Shown: piece by piece, positions 1-9,797 of the stretch | Layout: every line of letters starts with the position of its first letter | Numbering within the stretch: the stretch's first letter is position 1 | From: Rhodothermales bacterium | GTDB lineage: Bacteria; Bacteroidota; Rhodothermia; Rhodothermales; VXPQ01 | Length of the DNA stretch: 64,000 bases | Assembly (NCBI GenBank): GCA_040904565.1 | Contig: JBBDTI010000030.1 | Location: 78,439 to 142,438, forward strand | Direction: 5' to 3' | Made by a program: the position numbers and the translations under genes | Notes under the pieces: generated by a model | What the model saw: the letters and a program-made list of their open reading frames with translations, nothing else | Told to the model about the DNA's origin: nothing | Database searches by the model: none

Positions 1-1030
1 GTCGTTGTCGGTCACGACCAGGGTGACGATGTACGCGCCGGCCGCGTTGTACGTGTACGACGCCGACCCTTCGGTTGTGGTGGTGTCCACCCCGGCTACC
101 TCGCCGAAATCCCAGGCGTAGGAGACGATCGTGCCGTCGGAGTCGGTGGAAGCCGAGGCGTCGAATGTGACCGCAAGGGGGGCTTCACCCTCCTTCGGGG
201 TTGCTGAAAAACTCGCCACCGGCACGGCATTGGTGTCGTCCGTTTGTACGCTTTCCGCCGGGCCGTCTCCCGAGGGCGTGAAATGTGGATCGGTCGTAAG
301 GAGGAGACGGTCGACGATCAAACCATCCTCGCGCATCCAAATCCCGACGGTATATAGACCGGTGCTGGTCACCTCTACCGTGGCCGGCGTTGACGTTCCC
401 ATGAGCAGGGTCGCCCAGGTCCACGTACTCCGCTCGTCCTTTCTCAGCTGGATTCCATGCGGAACGGGTTCGCCGTTCAAGCCGAGGTAGAATGAGTCGT
501 CCTTCCACGTTTCGCCCCAGACACGAGTCCAGACGTAGTATGTACCGGTCGTGGAGAATTCGATTTGATACTGCAGGTTGGGACTCAGGGTCGGATCGTT
601 GAAGTTCGCGTCCGTATTCGGGTCGGCGATCATGGACGAGCCGACGTTTCCACTCGCGGTATGCACGATCCAGCTATGGCTTGCCGTCTCGAAATTGCCG
701 TGGTGGTTCTCGGCCTCTATCACGACCTGCCCGCCCGACTCCACGAAGGCAACGCCACCTGATCCGCTGGTAACGGACACGGTATCAGACGACGTCGACG
801 TGGCGCCGTCGTTGTCGGTCACGACCAGGGTGACGATGTACGCGCCGGCCGCGTTGTACGTGTACGACGCCGACCCTTCGGTTGTGGTGGTGTCCACCCC
901 GGCTACCTCGCCGAAATCCCAGGCGTAGGAGACGATCGTGCCGTCGGAGTCGATGGAAGCCGAGGCGTCGAATGTGACCGCAAGGGGGGCTTCGCCTTCC
1001 TGCGGCGTAGCTGAAAAACTCGCCACCGGC
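1..1030. repeat. Near-identical duplicated PKD-coding segment (1-223 vs 808-1030)
   Basis: Offset 807 bp. One mismatch seen over the first ~186 bp, then a few mismatches. Confidence 0.9.
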
Positions 1031-3780
1031 GCGGTGTTTATTAAGCCCGCCGGAACCCCCATGAACGTCTGTGCGGCGTTTGCACCGCCCGAATAATACA
1101 TGATGTCGTTTATGACGCCGGCAATACCTGACCGGCGCTTCACGGGAAGTGGCGTCATCGATGTCCACGAATTTGTCGCGGGATCGTACACGTCCACATT
1201 GGCGAGCGCGATCCCGTGCTTTCTCTCTCCACCGAGTGAGATAATGCGGCCGTCCAATATGGCAGCGGCATGATGGCTTCGCGCCAGCGGTAAATCTGCG
1301 ACGGGCGCCCACGTGTCGCTTTCGGCGTTGTATGCGTGAACGGAGGTCTGCGTCACCAGATTGTCGTCGTGTTTGTGCTGCCCGCCAATGGCGAAGATGC
1401 TGCTTCCCAGCACGGCCGAGGCCATATGATGGCGCGCGTTCGGCAGTGAGGCGGCTATCGTCCACCCGCCCGGCGTATTCGCGAGATCCAGGACGAAGTG
1501 GTCTGCCACGTCTATTGTTCGTTCGATGTTGGTGCCGCCGAAATAGTGCAGCTTGCCATCGAAGTACTCAAGCCCGCCGCCGGCTCGTTCCACAGGGAGC
1601 TCTGGCAGAGGCGAATACGTGTTAGTAGCCAGGTTGTAGCCGAAAACTTCCCGCGTCCCGAAGATCTGAGCGGTGCCGGTCGCATCGGCAATGTAGCCGC
1701 CGGCGATGTAGATGTTCGTTCCATCTGTCGTCACGCCGTGGTGCGTAGCACCGCCACCGTTTGCGTGGGGCAGGTCGGCGATCGCGGTCCACGTATTGGC
1801 TCCCGGATCGTACACGTAGGACCGTTTGGTCGGTGTACAACAGCTTTTCTGGCTGTCGAATCCGCCGAAAGAGTAGAGCTTGCCCCCGACGACCGCGCCC
1901 TGGCCTTCTGCGTTCTTCACAGGCTGCGGGCTAACCTGGCTCCAGGTGGCCTCCGACAGGTCGGACGTAGCGCCGGCCTGGCCTACTGTTATCGTTTTGG
2001 ACGAGGATTTCCAGGCGCCCTCATCGTCCTGGAGCGTAAGGGTGACGGCATAGGCGCCGGGGGACGAATAGGTGTGTGAAGTGATAACTCCGGTACCTGC
2101 CGTTCCATCTCCGAAGTTCCATGAATAGCTGCTGATAGCACCGTCATCCGTCGAAGCCGACGCATCGAAGCTGACGTCGAGCGGTGCATACCCGGACATC
2201 GGCGTGGCCGAGAAGCTTGCGACGGGAAGCATGTTGTCTGTCGCGATCACCTCGATGGCCGAGATCATGGGGAAATCGACGGCGGCGAGAAAGTCCAGAT
2301 TCAGGATGCCGTCGGCGATGCCGACCTGGAATTCTTTGATAAGGGCCGTAACGGGAGGGACTTCGGCAGTAATGTCGAAGTTCTCGAGGACTTTCATGCC
2401 CTCGAGCCATACGTCGAAGACGCGCTTTCCCTCCCCTCCCTCGGAGCCGGAACAGTTTCCGTGAGCGATTTCGGCAAAATGGAGACGGATGTTATAGACG
2501 CCGGCGATCGCGGGAATGGCATAGTGAAATGGGTTTCCGTCGGAATATTCCGTTCGGTACAGCTCGTCGTCCTCCGTACCGGCAATGTCGCCAAGGTCGC
2601 ATTTCGGGGTGTAGCTTCCTCCTCCTGAAGAGTAGATGTCGGCCAGATAGGTTACGTCGCTCGTCGTTACCAGAGGCCCACCGGCGTTGATCCGGATATC
2701 CTGTAGTCCGGCAACGGGTGATGACGGCGTTACGTTGGACACGAGATAGACGTTATCCTGATAGTCGTAATTGATGCCGGCGAAGTCCATCGCCATGATG
2801 TACGTATTGGGCATGACGGTGCCCTGCCGATCCTTTGCGGGCCAGAATCGAACGTGCTGACCGCAGGTGTCGAGTCCCCCGCTGCAGTCATCATTCGACG
2901 AGTCATTCCTGGCGGGGTCGGACCACTCGTTGCTTTGTATCCGGAATCCGAATACGCCGTCGGCTTCTACGGCCGATGGCATAAAGCTGCCTTCGGCGGG
3001 AAGCGCCGAATTAATTCTCCGCGGAAGAATCGTTTGCGAATCCTCGGCCTCTTGGCGGAAGATCATGTTGGCCGAAAAGCTTCCCTTTGCATGCCAGAAG
3101 ATGCGATGCGCCTCCGGATACGTATGCCAGGCCGCCACCTGTCGGACCTTAACCGGCTGCGCAACGTCTGCCTGCCGCCAGTAGGCAGAGATGATTTCGT
3201 CTCCAGTGGCAGTAATCTTTCCCCTCGTGTTGAGGTCCTGTTCGTCACCCACGAGTGTGGTCGTATAACCAAGTACTTCGATGATCTGTTGAAACGTTGG
3301 TTCTTTATCTCCTTCTGAAACGTTTTGCCAGTATCCGCCAAGACTGATGTCGAGGTTGGGATTGACAGGGTCGTCTGAAGAGATCGTCAGCATCGCCGCG
3401 TGAACGCGACGCGCTGATTCGGTAATGAATCGAATCGTGAGATCGACGGACGAGCCGGGAGCAATAGACAGTGGAAGCTGCGGCGGATTTTCGATGGACC
3501 AGCGCGAACGGTCGGGTCCGTTAAGCGTCAAATCTGTGACCGAGAGCGCGGCCGTGCCCGCATTCGCAACGCGCAGAATGACACGCTCATGAACTCCGTT
3601 GGGCGGTGGCGCGCTGAGAGACCCGATTCGGCTAAAGGCAAGGCGGTCAGGAAATGGGGCGCCGTCGAGATTCGCTACCTCGATGCTCTGTGCCGTCACG
3701 CTCGAGGCACTCAGTACAGCGACAGCGAAGATGGAGAAGAGTAGGTGGAGCGTATATTGCGGTCCGATGTGCTGCGAAAT
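1..3780 (-). CDS. Large modular exported protein, 3' end outside window: signal peptide, Ig-like plus conserved N-terminal domain, malectin, PKD, Kelch repeats, PKD, CBM/GH115-C-like domain, PKD
   Basis: Absent from the ORF track (no stop in window). Spot translations in one frame give FSIFAVAVLSASSVTA-QSIEVANLDGAPFPDRLAFSRIG, DTCGQHVRFWP...MDFAGINYDY, malectin YNIRLHFAE...KRVFDVWLE, PKD HTYSSPGAYAVTLTLQDDEG, Kelch LPNARHHMASAVLGSSIFAIGG, LQYQIEFSTTGTYYVW and PKD SYTYNAAGAYIVTLVVTDND. Start inferred at ATT 3780. Confidence 0.85.
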   Translation of the reverse strand, partial: MSQHIGPQYTLHLLFSIFAVAVLSASSVTAQSIEVANLDGAPFPDRLAFSRIGSLSAPPPNGVHERVILRVANAGTAALSVTDLTLNGPDRSRWSIENPPQLPLSIAPGSSVDLTIRFITESARRVHAAMLTISSDDPVNPNLDISLGGYWQNVSEGDKEPTFQQIIEVLGYTTTLVGDEQDLNTRGKITATGDEIISAYWRQADVAQPVKVRQVAAWHTYPEAHRIFWHAKGSFSANMIFRQEAEDSQTILPRRINSALPAEGSFMPSAVEADGVFGFRIQSNEWSDPARNDSSNDDCSGGLDTCGQHVRFWPAKDRQGTVMPNTYIMAMDFAGINYDYQDNVYLVSNVTPSSPVAGLQDIRINAGGPLVTTSDVTYLADIYSSGGGSYTPKCDLGDIAGTEDDELYRTEYSDGNPFHYAIPAIAGVYNIRLHFAEIAHGNCSGSEGGEGKRVFDVWLEGMKVLENFDITAEVPPVTALIKEFQVGIADGILNLDFLAAVDFPMISAIEVIATDNMLPVASFSATPMSGYAPLDVSFDASASTDDGAISSYSWNFGDGTAGTGVITSHTYSSPGAYAVTLTLQDDEGAWKSSSKTITVGQAGATSDLSEATWSQVSPQPVKNAEGQGAVVGGKLYSFGGFDSQKSCCTPTKRSYVYDPGANTWTAIADLPHANGGGATHHGVTTDGTNIYIAGGYIADATGTAQIFGTREVFGYNLATNTYSPLPELPVERAGGGLEYFDGKLHYFGGTNIERTIDVADHFVLDLANTPGGWTIAASLPNARHHMASAVLGSSIFAIGGQHKHDDNLVTQTSVHAYNAESDTWAPVADLPLARSHHAAAILDGRIISLGGERKHGIALANVDVYDPATNSWTSMTPLPVKRRSGIAGVINDIMYYSGGANAAQTFMGVPAGLINTAPVASFSATPQEGEAPLAVTFDASASIDSDGTIVSYAWDFGEVAGVDTTTTEGSASYTYNAAGAYIVTLVVTDNDGATSTSSDTVSVTSGSGGVAFVESGGQVVIEAENHHGNFETASHSWIVHTASGNVGSSMIADPNTDANFNDPTLSPNLQYQIEFSTTGTYYVWTRVWGETWKDDSFYLGLNGEPVPHGIQLRKDERSTWTWATLLMGTSTPATVEVTSTGLYTVGIWMREDGLIVDRLLLTTDPHFTPSGDGPAESVQTDDTNAVPVASFSATPKEGEAPLAVTFDASASTDSDGTIVSYAWDFGEVAGVDTTTTEGSASYTYNAAGAYIVTLVVTDND

Positions 3781-3879
3781 AGTAAGCGCCTCCTTGCAGG
3801 TGTGGCTGGTCTAAAGGGGACTCGATCTATAAGAAGAGTCGTAACGATTCGTTGGAGATACGGAACGCAAGGCCCCGAT

Positions 3880-6800
3880 CTATTTACTGAGGATCATTTT
3901 TGACGTCCGAACAAACGACCCTGCACGAAGACGGTATACGTATACGCCGCTCGAAAGCCTTCCGGCATCGTAGGCTATGCCGTAAACGCCCGCCTGCTGC
4001 ATCCTGTCGACGAGCAGGTCGACTCGGCGGCCGAAGAGGTCGAACACTTCGAGACGCACGTGCGCTTCCTGCGGCAGCGAGTACTCGATGGTCGTGATCG
4101 GGTTGAAAGGATTCGGGTAGTTTTTCGCCAGTTCGAAGCGGTCCGGGATGATCTGGTTGCCGAGAATGGGGCGATCGCTCGCGCGGCTGAATGCAAGGAT
4201 CGGCGTATCAGGGGCGACGATGGCATACTGAACGCTCGCACGCGGACTTTCCGACGGACCGTCGCCGGTGGGTGTATACGCAGCGTCGGTCGTTAGAACA
4301 AGGCGGTCCAGATACACGCCGTCCTCTCTCATCCAGACGTTGACAACCCGGAGCCCGGCGGAATCGATTTGAAGCGTAGCCGGTTCCACATCCATCGTCT
4401 TGTTGATCCACCGCCACCTCGAAAATTGTGGCCCCATCGTCATTCGGTCGGCAGTAGATACCGGTTGACTATCCAGGCCGACGTGCCATGAATCGCTGTC
4501 GCCTCCTTCGGCGTAGGCGCGCACCCATACGTAATACGTTCCCGTCGTACTGAAATGCACGACGTACTGCAGTTCGGGAGACGTGGTAGCATAGTCCGTA
4601 TCGATATTGGTCAGTGTGACCGGCTCGGGCCGTACGGAGCCATTGACGGCACCACCCGGATCTCTAGATATCCAACTATGGTCGTTCCGAGCTATGGTGG
4701 TGTCGAAGTGTTCCGCTTCTATCGTGACCTGGCCGTCTGATTCAGCGAACGCGAGGACTGTCGTTTCGGTTGGCTCCTCTCCTGCAGGTTGATCTGAAAC
4801 CGGGCGGAGAAGCGTAATCTTTCCGTTGCCGCCGAACTCCGAAACATAGATATGGCCGTTGGCGAGGTTCTCCGTAAGGTCGATCGGATCGGTGAGCTGG
4901 GTAAATCCGGTGATCCCGACCAAATCGCCATCCGACGGAATGAGTCCGGTGGAAGCATCCGGTGTGAGAACGATGATGTCGTCTCCACCACTGTAGCGCG
5001 CCACGAGCAATTTTCCTTGCAACGCACCGTCGAGCACCGCGCTTTGGTACTCGATGACGCCGTTCGGTGAGATATTCCGTCCAAAATTAAACGCGATCCC
5101 CTTCCATGCGGCATCCGGAGCCACACCGACGGGATAGCGATTCACCTGTGCGAGGTCAGTTTGATCGGTCGGATTGCCCCCGTTCAGTGTGTATTCGCCA
5201 CGCGTGGGGTTGGGATGGCCATAATAGGAATACGCCCACGAACCGCCGGATGGCGGCGGCATGACATACAGGTAATCGTTCTGCGTCTCCACGCTGTCTA
5301 TCGCCGGAACGAACGGTCCGCCGTACGGCTGGCCGTCCGGCCGCATCGTTCCGGTGACGCTTTCCGGCGCCTTTCCGTTGGCTGCGGATCCGTTCGTGGG
5401 CACATACAGCGAACCGTTGGAGTGCCAGACGAGGTCGTACGCATTTCGGATACCCGTGGCGAATACCTTGACCGGTACACCTGGGGCATACGGATCGTAC
5501 GATCCATCATCCGTCCGCACATTGAGTGGCAGCGATATGAGCGCATTCAATGCCGAGATGTCTATCCGAAGAACGGCCGCCGTAAGTAGTCGTTCGGGTC
5601 TGTTGCCCCATGCCTTGTCGGGCGCCCCCATGGCCGTGTTGCTGCCCTGGCTCACGTACATCGCACCGTCCGGCCCAAAGGCGATGCCGTTCGTGACGTG
5701 ATCTCGAAGAGATCGCGGAAGGTCGACCACGTAGTCCTTCACGGCCTCGAGATCTGGTCCGCTCAGCCGGGTGATCTTGCTGCCCCACTCCGGCATTCCG
5801 GTAAAGCCAAATGTACTGTGCGAGATCCAGGCGATTAAGTTGGTGGCCGTCGCGGCGGGGTCAAATGCGAGGCCGATGAGCAGGCGATCTCCCCCCTCGG
5901 CGATTCGCAGTGCGTCGAGGGTTTCGCCGTTCGAAAGGGTACCGTCTGATCGGACCGTCCACCGCCGAATCGGGCCGTGCTGTTCCGCCGCATACAATTT
6001 TCCGTCCGGCCCCAACGTCAGGCTCGTGAATTTTCCCGTCGTACCGGCGAGGGCCACCGGCTCGAATTCGATTGTCGTCGCGGCGTCTCCCGTGGGCGTC
6101 GCTCCTGTCGTAAAGCTTATGAGTGTGGAGATGAAGGATGCGCCGGCGAGGTCCTTCAAATCCTCGGTGATCTCGAAAACGTAGGGTGTGTTTGCAGCGA
6201 GCAGCACCGTGGGCTGTAGCACGATGGCGTCGCCTCCACCGCTGGTATTGAGATTTGACGGGATGATGTCCTGCGGCGCGTTGGACGGATAGAGCCTGAC
6301 GCTGTTCGAGGTGAGGGTGGCCGGATCGATCCCCAGCCCCTCGTTCGGAAGAAGCACATCCGCGGCGACGAAGCTGTCACGAGGTACGTCCGCCGCACGA
6401 TCTTCGGGAGCGGTGCCCGTCACGGAAGGGCGCTCCAGCAGGTAGGGCTTTACGTTTGAGACGAGGTAGATGTTATCCTGATAGCCGAACGTGCCGACCG
6501 AAAAATCCATCGCCATTATATACGCGTTCAAAATGGGCCGTCCGTTTCGCATCCTCGCGGGCCAGAAGCGGACGTGCTGCCCACACGTATCCGGTCCACT
6601 GATGCAGTCGTCGTTCGACGTATCGTTCAGCCTCGGATTGCTCCACTGATCTTCTTCTATGCGGAAGCCGAAGGCCCCGCCCGCGATGGCGGCCGATGGG
6701 GTAAAATTTCCTTTTGCCGGAGTGGCGACACCGCTTCTACGCGGCACTACGCTCTGGGCGTCTTCGGCTTCGTGGGTGAAGATGGCCGTCGTGTTTATAC

Positions 6801-7503
6801 TTCCCGTATAGTGCCAGCTGATTTGATGCCCCTCCGGATACGCGTGGAATGCGGCGAGCTGCTGAACCGTCACCGGCAATGCGCCTTCAGCCTGCTGCCA
6901 GAACGGTGAGAGAATTTCTTCCCCGGTCGCCACTTGCTTACCATTCGTGTAGAAATCCTCTCCTTCGTAGGCGAGCGCTGTCTTGTAGCCATAGATGTTG
7001 ATCAACTGCTGCAGGGACGGCTCGTCCCCGTTCTCCGAGAGCTCCTGCCAGTACCCTCGGAGCTGCACGACAAACGTCGGTTTTTTCGGATCATTCGATG
7101 AGACGCTCAGCTTTGCAGAGTGGATGCGTTGTCGGGATTGAGCCACAAACGTGAGCGTGACGTCTGCGAAGGAGCCCGGCTCGATCGTGAATGGAACTGG
7201 TGGCGCCGCATCGACGACCCAGCTGTTCGCGTGTGAGCCACCAAGTGCAAGCAACGTGACGATCAGTTCGGAATCTCCTTTGTTGCGTACGCGCACGGTG
7301 GCACGATCGTGCACACCGTTCGGAGGCGGTATGCCTGTTTCACCGATCCGGTTGAATACGAGCCGATTCGGGAACGGGACGCCATCCGGATTCGAAACGA
7401 TGATGCTTTGCGCGGAGGCACAGGTAGTCGCAAGGACGCAAGTGCACGCCAATAAAAAAGATCGCCTTAGGCTCATTCTCGTCACGTTCTGTTCGCTCTT
7501 CAT
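3880..7503 (-). CDS. T9SS-secreted modular protein: N-terminal Ig and conserved domain, SbsA/Big_5 Ig-like, PQQ-dependent sugar dehydrogenase-like propeller, CBM-like domain, T9SS CTD
   Basis: Signal peptide RRSFLLACTCVLATTCASA-Q; propeller motifs RDHVTNGIAFGPDGAMYVSQG and GIRNAYD; CTD FELAKNYPNPFNPITTIEYSLP...LSSGVYVYRLRAG. Start moved from 7710 to ATG 7503. Confidence 0.88.
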   Translation of the reverse strand: MKSEQNVTRMSLRRSFLLACTCVLATTCASAQSIIVSNPDGVPFPNRLVFNRIGETGIPPPNGVHDRATVRVRNKGDSELIVTLLALGGSHANSWVVDAAPPVPFTIEPGSFADVTLTFVAQSRQRIHSAKLSVSSNDPKKPTFVVQLRGYWQELSENGDEPSLQQLINIYGYKTALAYEGEDFYTNGKQVATGEEILSPFWQQAEGALPVTVQQLAAFHAYPEGHQISWHYTGSINTTAIFTHEAEDAQSVVPRRSGVATPAKGNFTPSAAIAGGAFGFRIEEDQWSNPRLNDTSNDDCISGPDTCGQHVRFWPARMRNGRPILNAYIMAMDFSVGTFGYQDNIYLVSNVKPYLLERPSVTGTAPEDRAADVPRDSFVAADVLLPNEGLGIDPATLTSNSVRLYPSNAPQDIIPSNLNTSGGGDAIVLQPTVLLAANTPYVFEITEDLKDLAGASFISTLISFTTGATPTGDAATTIEFEPVALAGTTGKFTSLTLGPDGKLYAAEQHGPIRRWTVRSDGTLSNGETLDALRIAEGGDRLLIGLAFDPAATATNLIAWISHSTFGFTGMPEWGSKITRLSGPDLEAVKDYVVDLPRSLRDHVTNGIAFGPDGAMYVSQGSNTAMGAPDKAWGNRPERLLTAAVLRIDISALNALISLPLNVRTDDGSYDPYAPGVPVKVFATGIRNAYDLVWHSNGSLYVPTNGSAANGKAPESVTGTMRPDGQPYGGPFVPAIDSVETQNDYLYVMPPPSGGSWAYSYYGHPNPTRGEYTLNGGNPTDQTDLAQVNRYPVGVAPDAAWKGIAFNFGRNISPNGVIEYQSAVLDGALQGKLLVARYSGGDDIIVLTPDASTGLIPSDGDLVGITGFTQLTDPIDLTENLANGHIYVSEFGGNGKITLLRPVSDQPAGEEPTETTVLAFAESDGQVTIEAEHFDTTIARNDHSWISRDPGGAVNGSVRPEPVTLTNIDTDYATTSPELQYVVHFSTTGTYYVWVRAYAEGGDSDSWHVGLDSQPVSTADRMTMGPQFSRWRWINKTMDVEPATLQIDSAGLRVVNVWMREDGVYLDRLVLTTDAAYTPTGDGPSESPRASVQYAIVAPDTPILAFSRASDRPILGNQIIPDRFELAKNYPNPFNPITTIEYSLPQEAHVRLEVFDLFGRRVDLLVDRMQQAGVYGIAYDAGRLSSGVYVYRLRAGSFVRTSKMILSK

Positions 7504-7722
7504 GCGCCCGCGTGGCCTCTTCATGCTGGCTCTACCTTTACGCGTCTCGGAGTCGTACCGCCACCACAGCATTACGGAATCCGCGCTTGCGACTTGCTTC
7601 GGATCATCCGTCTCCGTTTCCGCACGCCGAATGCTCTGGGAGGACTCTGCTTTTGAATCGGGCATGCATTTTCTACGCGACTCGTCACCACACCACGAGC
7701 TATCTTGCATCTTCCGGGCAGA

Positions 7723-9600
7723 ATGTTGAAAGTGAAGAAGCGAAGTCTCGCCGTCTCGTTCACACGAGGCGGATGGGCGGAGACGGATGACCCATCGACA
7801 TCTTCAGATCTAGGCGAAAATCACGACCAAGCACTCCGCTGGCGCCGCACGATCAGCGGGAAGGCAGCGTGGTGGTTCGCAGGACTGGCATTGTTCGCCG
7901 TTCTCGCAGCTGCAGCCGTGGCGACTACCCAGTGGCATCATGTGGCATTCAGTCTCGTCGCGCCCGCGAACGGATCCGTGGGCGTCAATCGTGATATCGA
8001 GATCGAAGCGCGGATCCACCATCGATGGACGGGTGAGGGGTTGGATGTGGGATCCGTCAATTCGTCTAACGTCAGGCTGTATCCGGCCGGTCAACCTGCC
8101 AGCGTGGTTGAGGTCGACATGCTGGTCGATGAAGAGGAAAGTGCGATTCGATTGCGTCCTCACCGTCTTCTCGCAGCGAATACGCCCTACGTCTTCGAAG
8201 TGACCGACGATGTCGTGGACCAATCAGAACGAGCAGCAGCGTTCCATAGAAGCACATTTCGGACGGGTTCGTTGCCCACGGGAGCGCTCCCGAACGTCGC
8301 TTTCTCGAAAGAGAGACTTTCGGGCACGGACGGACAGCACACCACGTTGACGGTTGGCCCGGACGGCAAACTATACGCTGCCGGGATTAACGGAATGATC
8401 CGCCGATGGACGATCGACGGAGACGGCACCGTGCGAGATACGGAGGCTATTCCGACGCTATGGTTGCACGAAGGAATGATGCGCCTGCTAATAGGATTGA
8501 CCTTCGACCCGTCATCAACGGCTGACAGCCTCATCGCCTGGGTCAGCCATACGACGTCCGGCTATGAGGACATGCCGGATTGGGGGGGTAAAATTACTCG
8601 TCTCTCCGGACCGAATTTGGAGAACGCGGAAGATTACGTCGCGCAGCTCCCGCGGTCTACCCGCGACCACGTCACGAACAGTCTCGTCTTCGGACCGGAT
8701 GGTGCTCTTTACGTTCTTCAGGGCGGCAACACGTCGATCGGCGATGTGGACGCGGATTGGGGGAACCGACCGGAGCGGATGCTCAGCGCCGCGGTCCTGC
8801 GCGTCGACGTCGACGCGCTCGCATCGGGTACGGAACGGCCGCTTGATGCGAAGACCGAAGATGGCGGCACCTACGATCCTTTGGATCCGACAGCACCCCT
8901 AAGGATCTATGCGTCGGGAATTCGGAATGCGTACGATGCCGTGTGGCATAGCAATGGGTACCTCTATGTGCCCAACAATGGCGGGGCGAAGGGCGGCCGA
9001 ACGCCGGAGGCGGTTGGTGGTACGCTTCGACCGGACGGCAGGCCGTATGTGGGTCCATCCGTTCCCTCCATCTCGAATATCCTGGTCGAGGATGACGTTC
9101 TCTATCGAGTTCCACCCATGTCCGAAGATGGACAAATCCGCTACCGGTATTATGGGCATCCGAATCCGATTCGAGGCGAATACGTCTTGGATGGCGGCAA
9201 CCCAACCGCCGGCCTGGACCGGGGTGAAGTAGATTTGTATCCTGTCGGCGTTGAGCCGGATGAGGACTGGGAGGGCTTCGTCTACAACTTCGGAACGCAT
9301 ACCTCACCAACAGGCGTGATCGAATATCATGGCGATGCCTTCAACGGAGCGCTGTCAGGACACTTGATCATCGCATTCTATGGCGGTCGTGCGAGCGGCA
9401 ATCTGATCGTTTTGCGCCCGGATTCGGACGGTGGAATCGTTGCGTGGGACGACGTTCTTGGCATTCCGGGATTGACGGGCTTTGACAACGCGCTCGACAT
9501 CACTGAGGATGTCAGAACGGGCTTTCTCTACGTTTCCCAGATGGGCGACGGAGGCGGCATCATGCTCTTACGTCCGATCGAAGCGATGGGCCAAGAGTGA
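7723..9600 (+). CDS. Membrane-anchored Big_5 Ig-like plus PQQ sugar dehydrogenase-like propeller protein, paralog of the central part of 3880-7503
   Basis: Hydrophobic segment WWFAGLALFAVLAAAAVA; shared motifs LLAANTPYVFEVTD, RDHVTNSLVFGPDG, GIRNAYD, YYGHPNP.RGEY.L.GGNPT. Confidence 0.85.
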   Translation: MLKVKKRSLAVSFTRGGWAETDDPSTSSDLGENHDQALRWRRTISGKAAWWFAGLALFAVLAAAAVATTQWHHVAFSLVAPANGSVGVNRDIEIEARIHHRWTGEGLDVGSVNSSNVRLYPAGQPASVVEVDMLVDEEESAIRLRPHRLLAANTPYVFEVTDDVVDQSERAAAFHRSTFRTGSLPTGALPNVAFSKERLSGTDGQHTTLTVGPDGKLYAAGINGMIRRWTIDGDGTVRDTEAIPTLWLHEGMMRLLIGLTFDPSSTADSLIAWVSHTTSGYEDMPDWGGKITRLSGPNLENAEDYVAQLPRSTRDHVTNSLVFGPDGALYVLQGGNTSIGDVDADWGNRPERMLSAAVLRVDVDALASGTERPLDAKTEDGGTYDPLDPTAPLRIYASGIRNAYDAVWHSNGYLYVPNNGGAKGGRTPEAVGGTLRPDGRPYVGPSVPSISNILVEDDVLYRVPPMSEDGQIRYRYYGHPNPIRGEYVLDGGNPTAGLDRGEVDLYPVGVEPDEDWEGFVYNFGTHTSPTGVIEYHGDAFNGALSGHLIIAFYGGRASGNLIVLRPDSDGGIVAWDDVLGIPGLTGFDNALDITEDVRTGFLYVSQMGDGGGIMLLRPIEAMGQE

Positions 9601-9634
9601 TCTCCCCCCCAGGAAAAACGGACCCAACCTGATC

Positions 9635-9772
9635 TGAACCGCCCCGGGTTTGCCCGAGACGCCAACATGTGAGAACTTGGAGTCATGGGCAGATTTCAAC
9701 GGTACGCTCCCGAGGTCCACGATCTGGGGGTGCAACATCCCTTTATGGGCTACACACAACGGCTTGCCGAGG
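9635..9772 (+). mobile_element. Collapsed IS3-family (IS6110/IS51-like) remnant
   Basis: TGAACCGCCCCGGGTTTGCCCGAGACGC resembles the IS6110-type terminal IR. ATG 9685 gives MGRFQRYAPEV (OrfA-like start) joined to HDLGVQHPFMGYTQRLAEG (OrfB HSDRGVQY...YTERLAEAG-like). Confidence 0.65.
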
Positions 9773-9797
9773 GTATGACGACAACCGGACCCGAATC

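Noticed and set aside
7504-7722. Overlapping divergent starts at 7705/7710 in the ORF track
   Set aside because: Signal-peptide positions favour starts at 7503 and 7723 or later, leaving a normal divergent promoter region.
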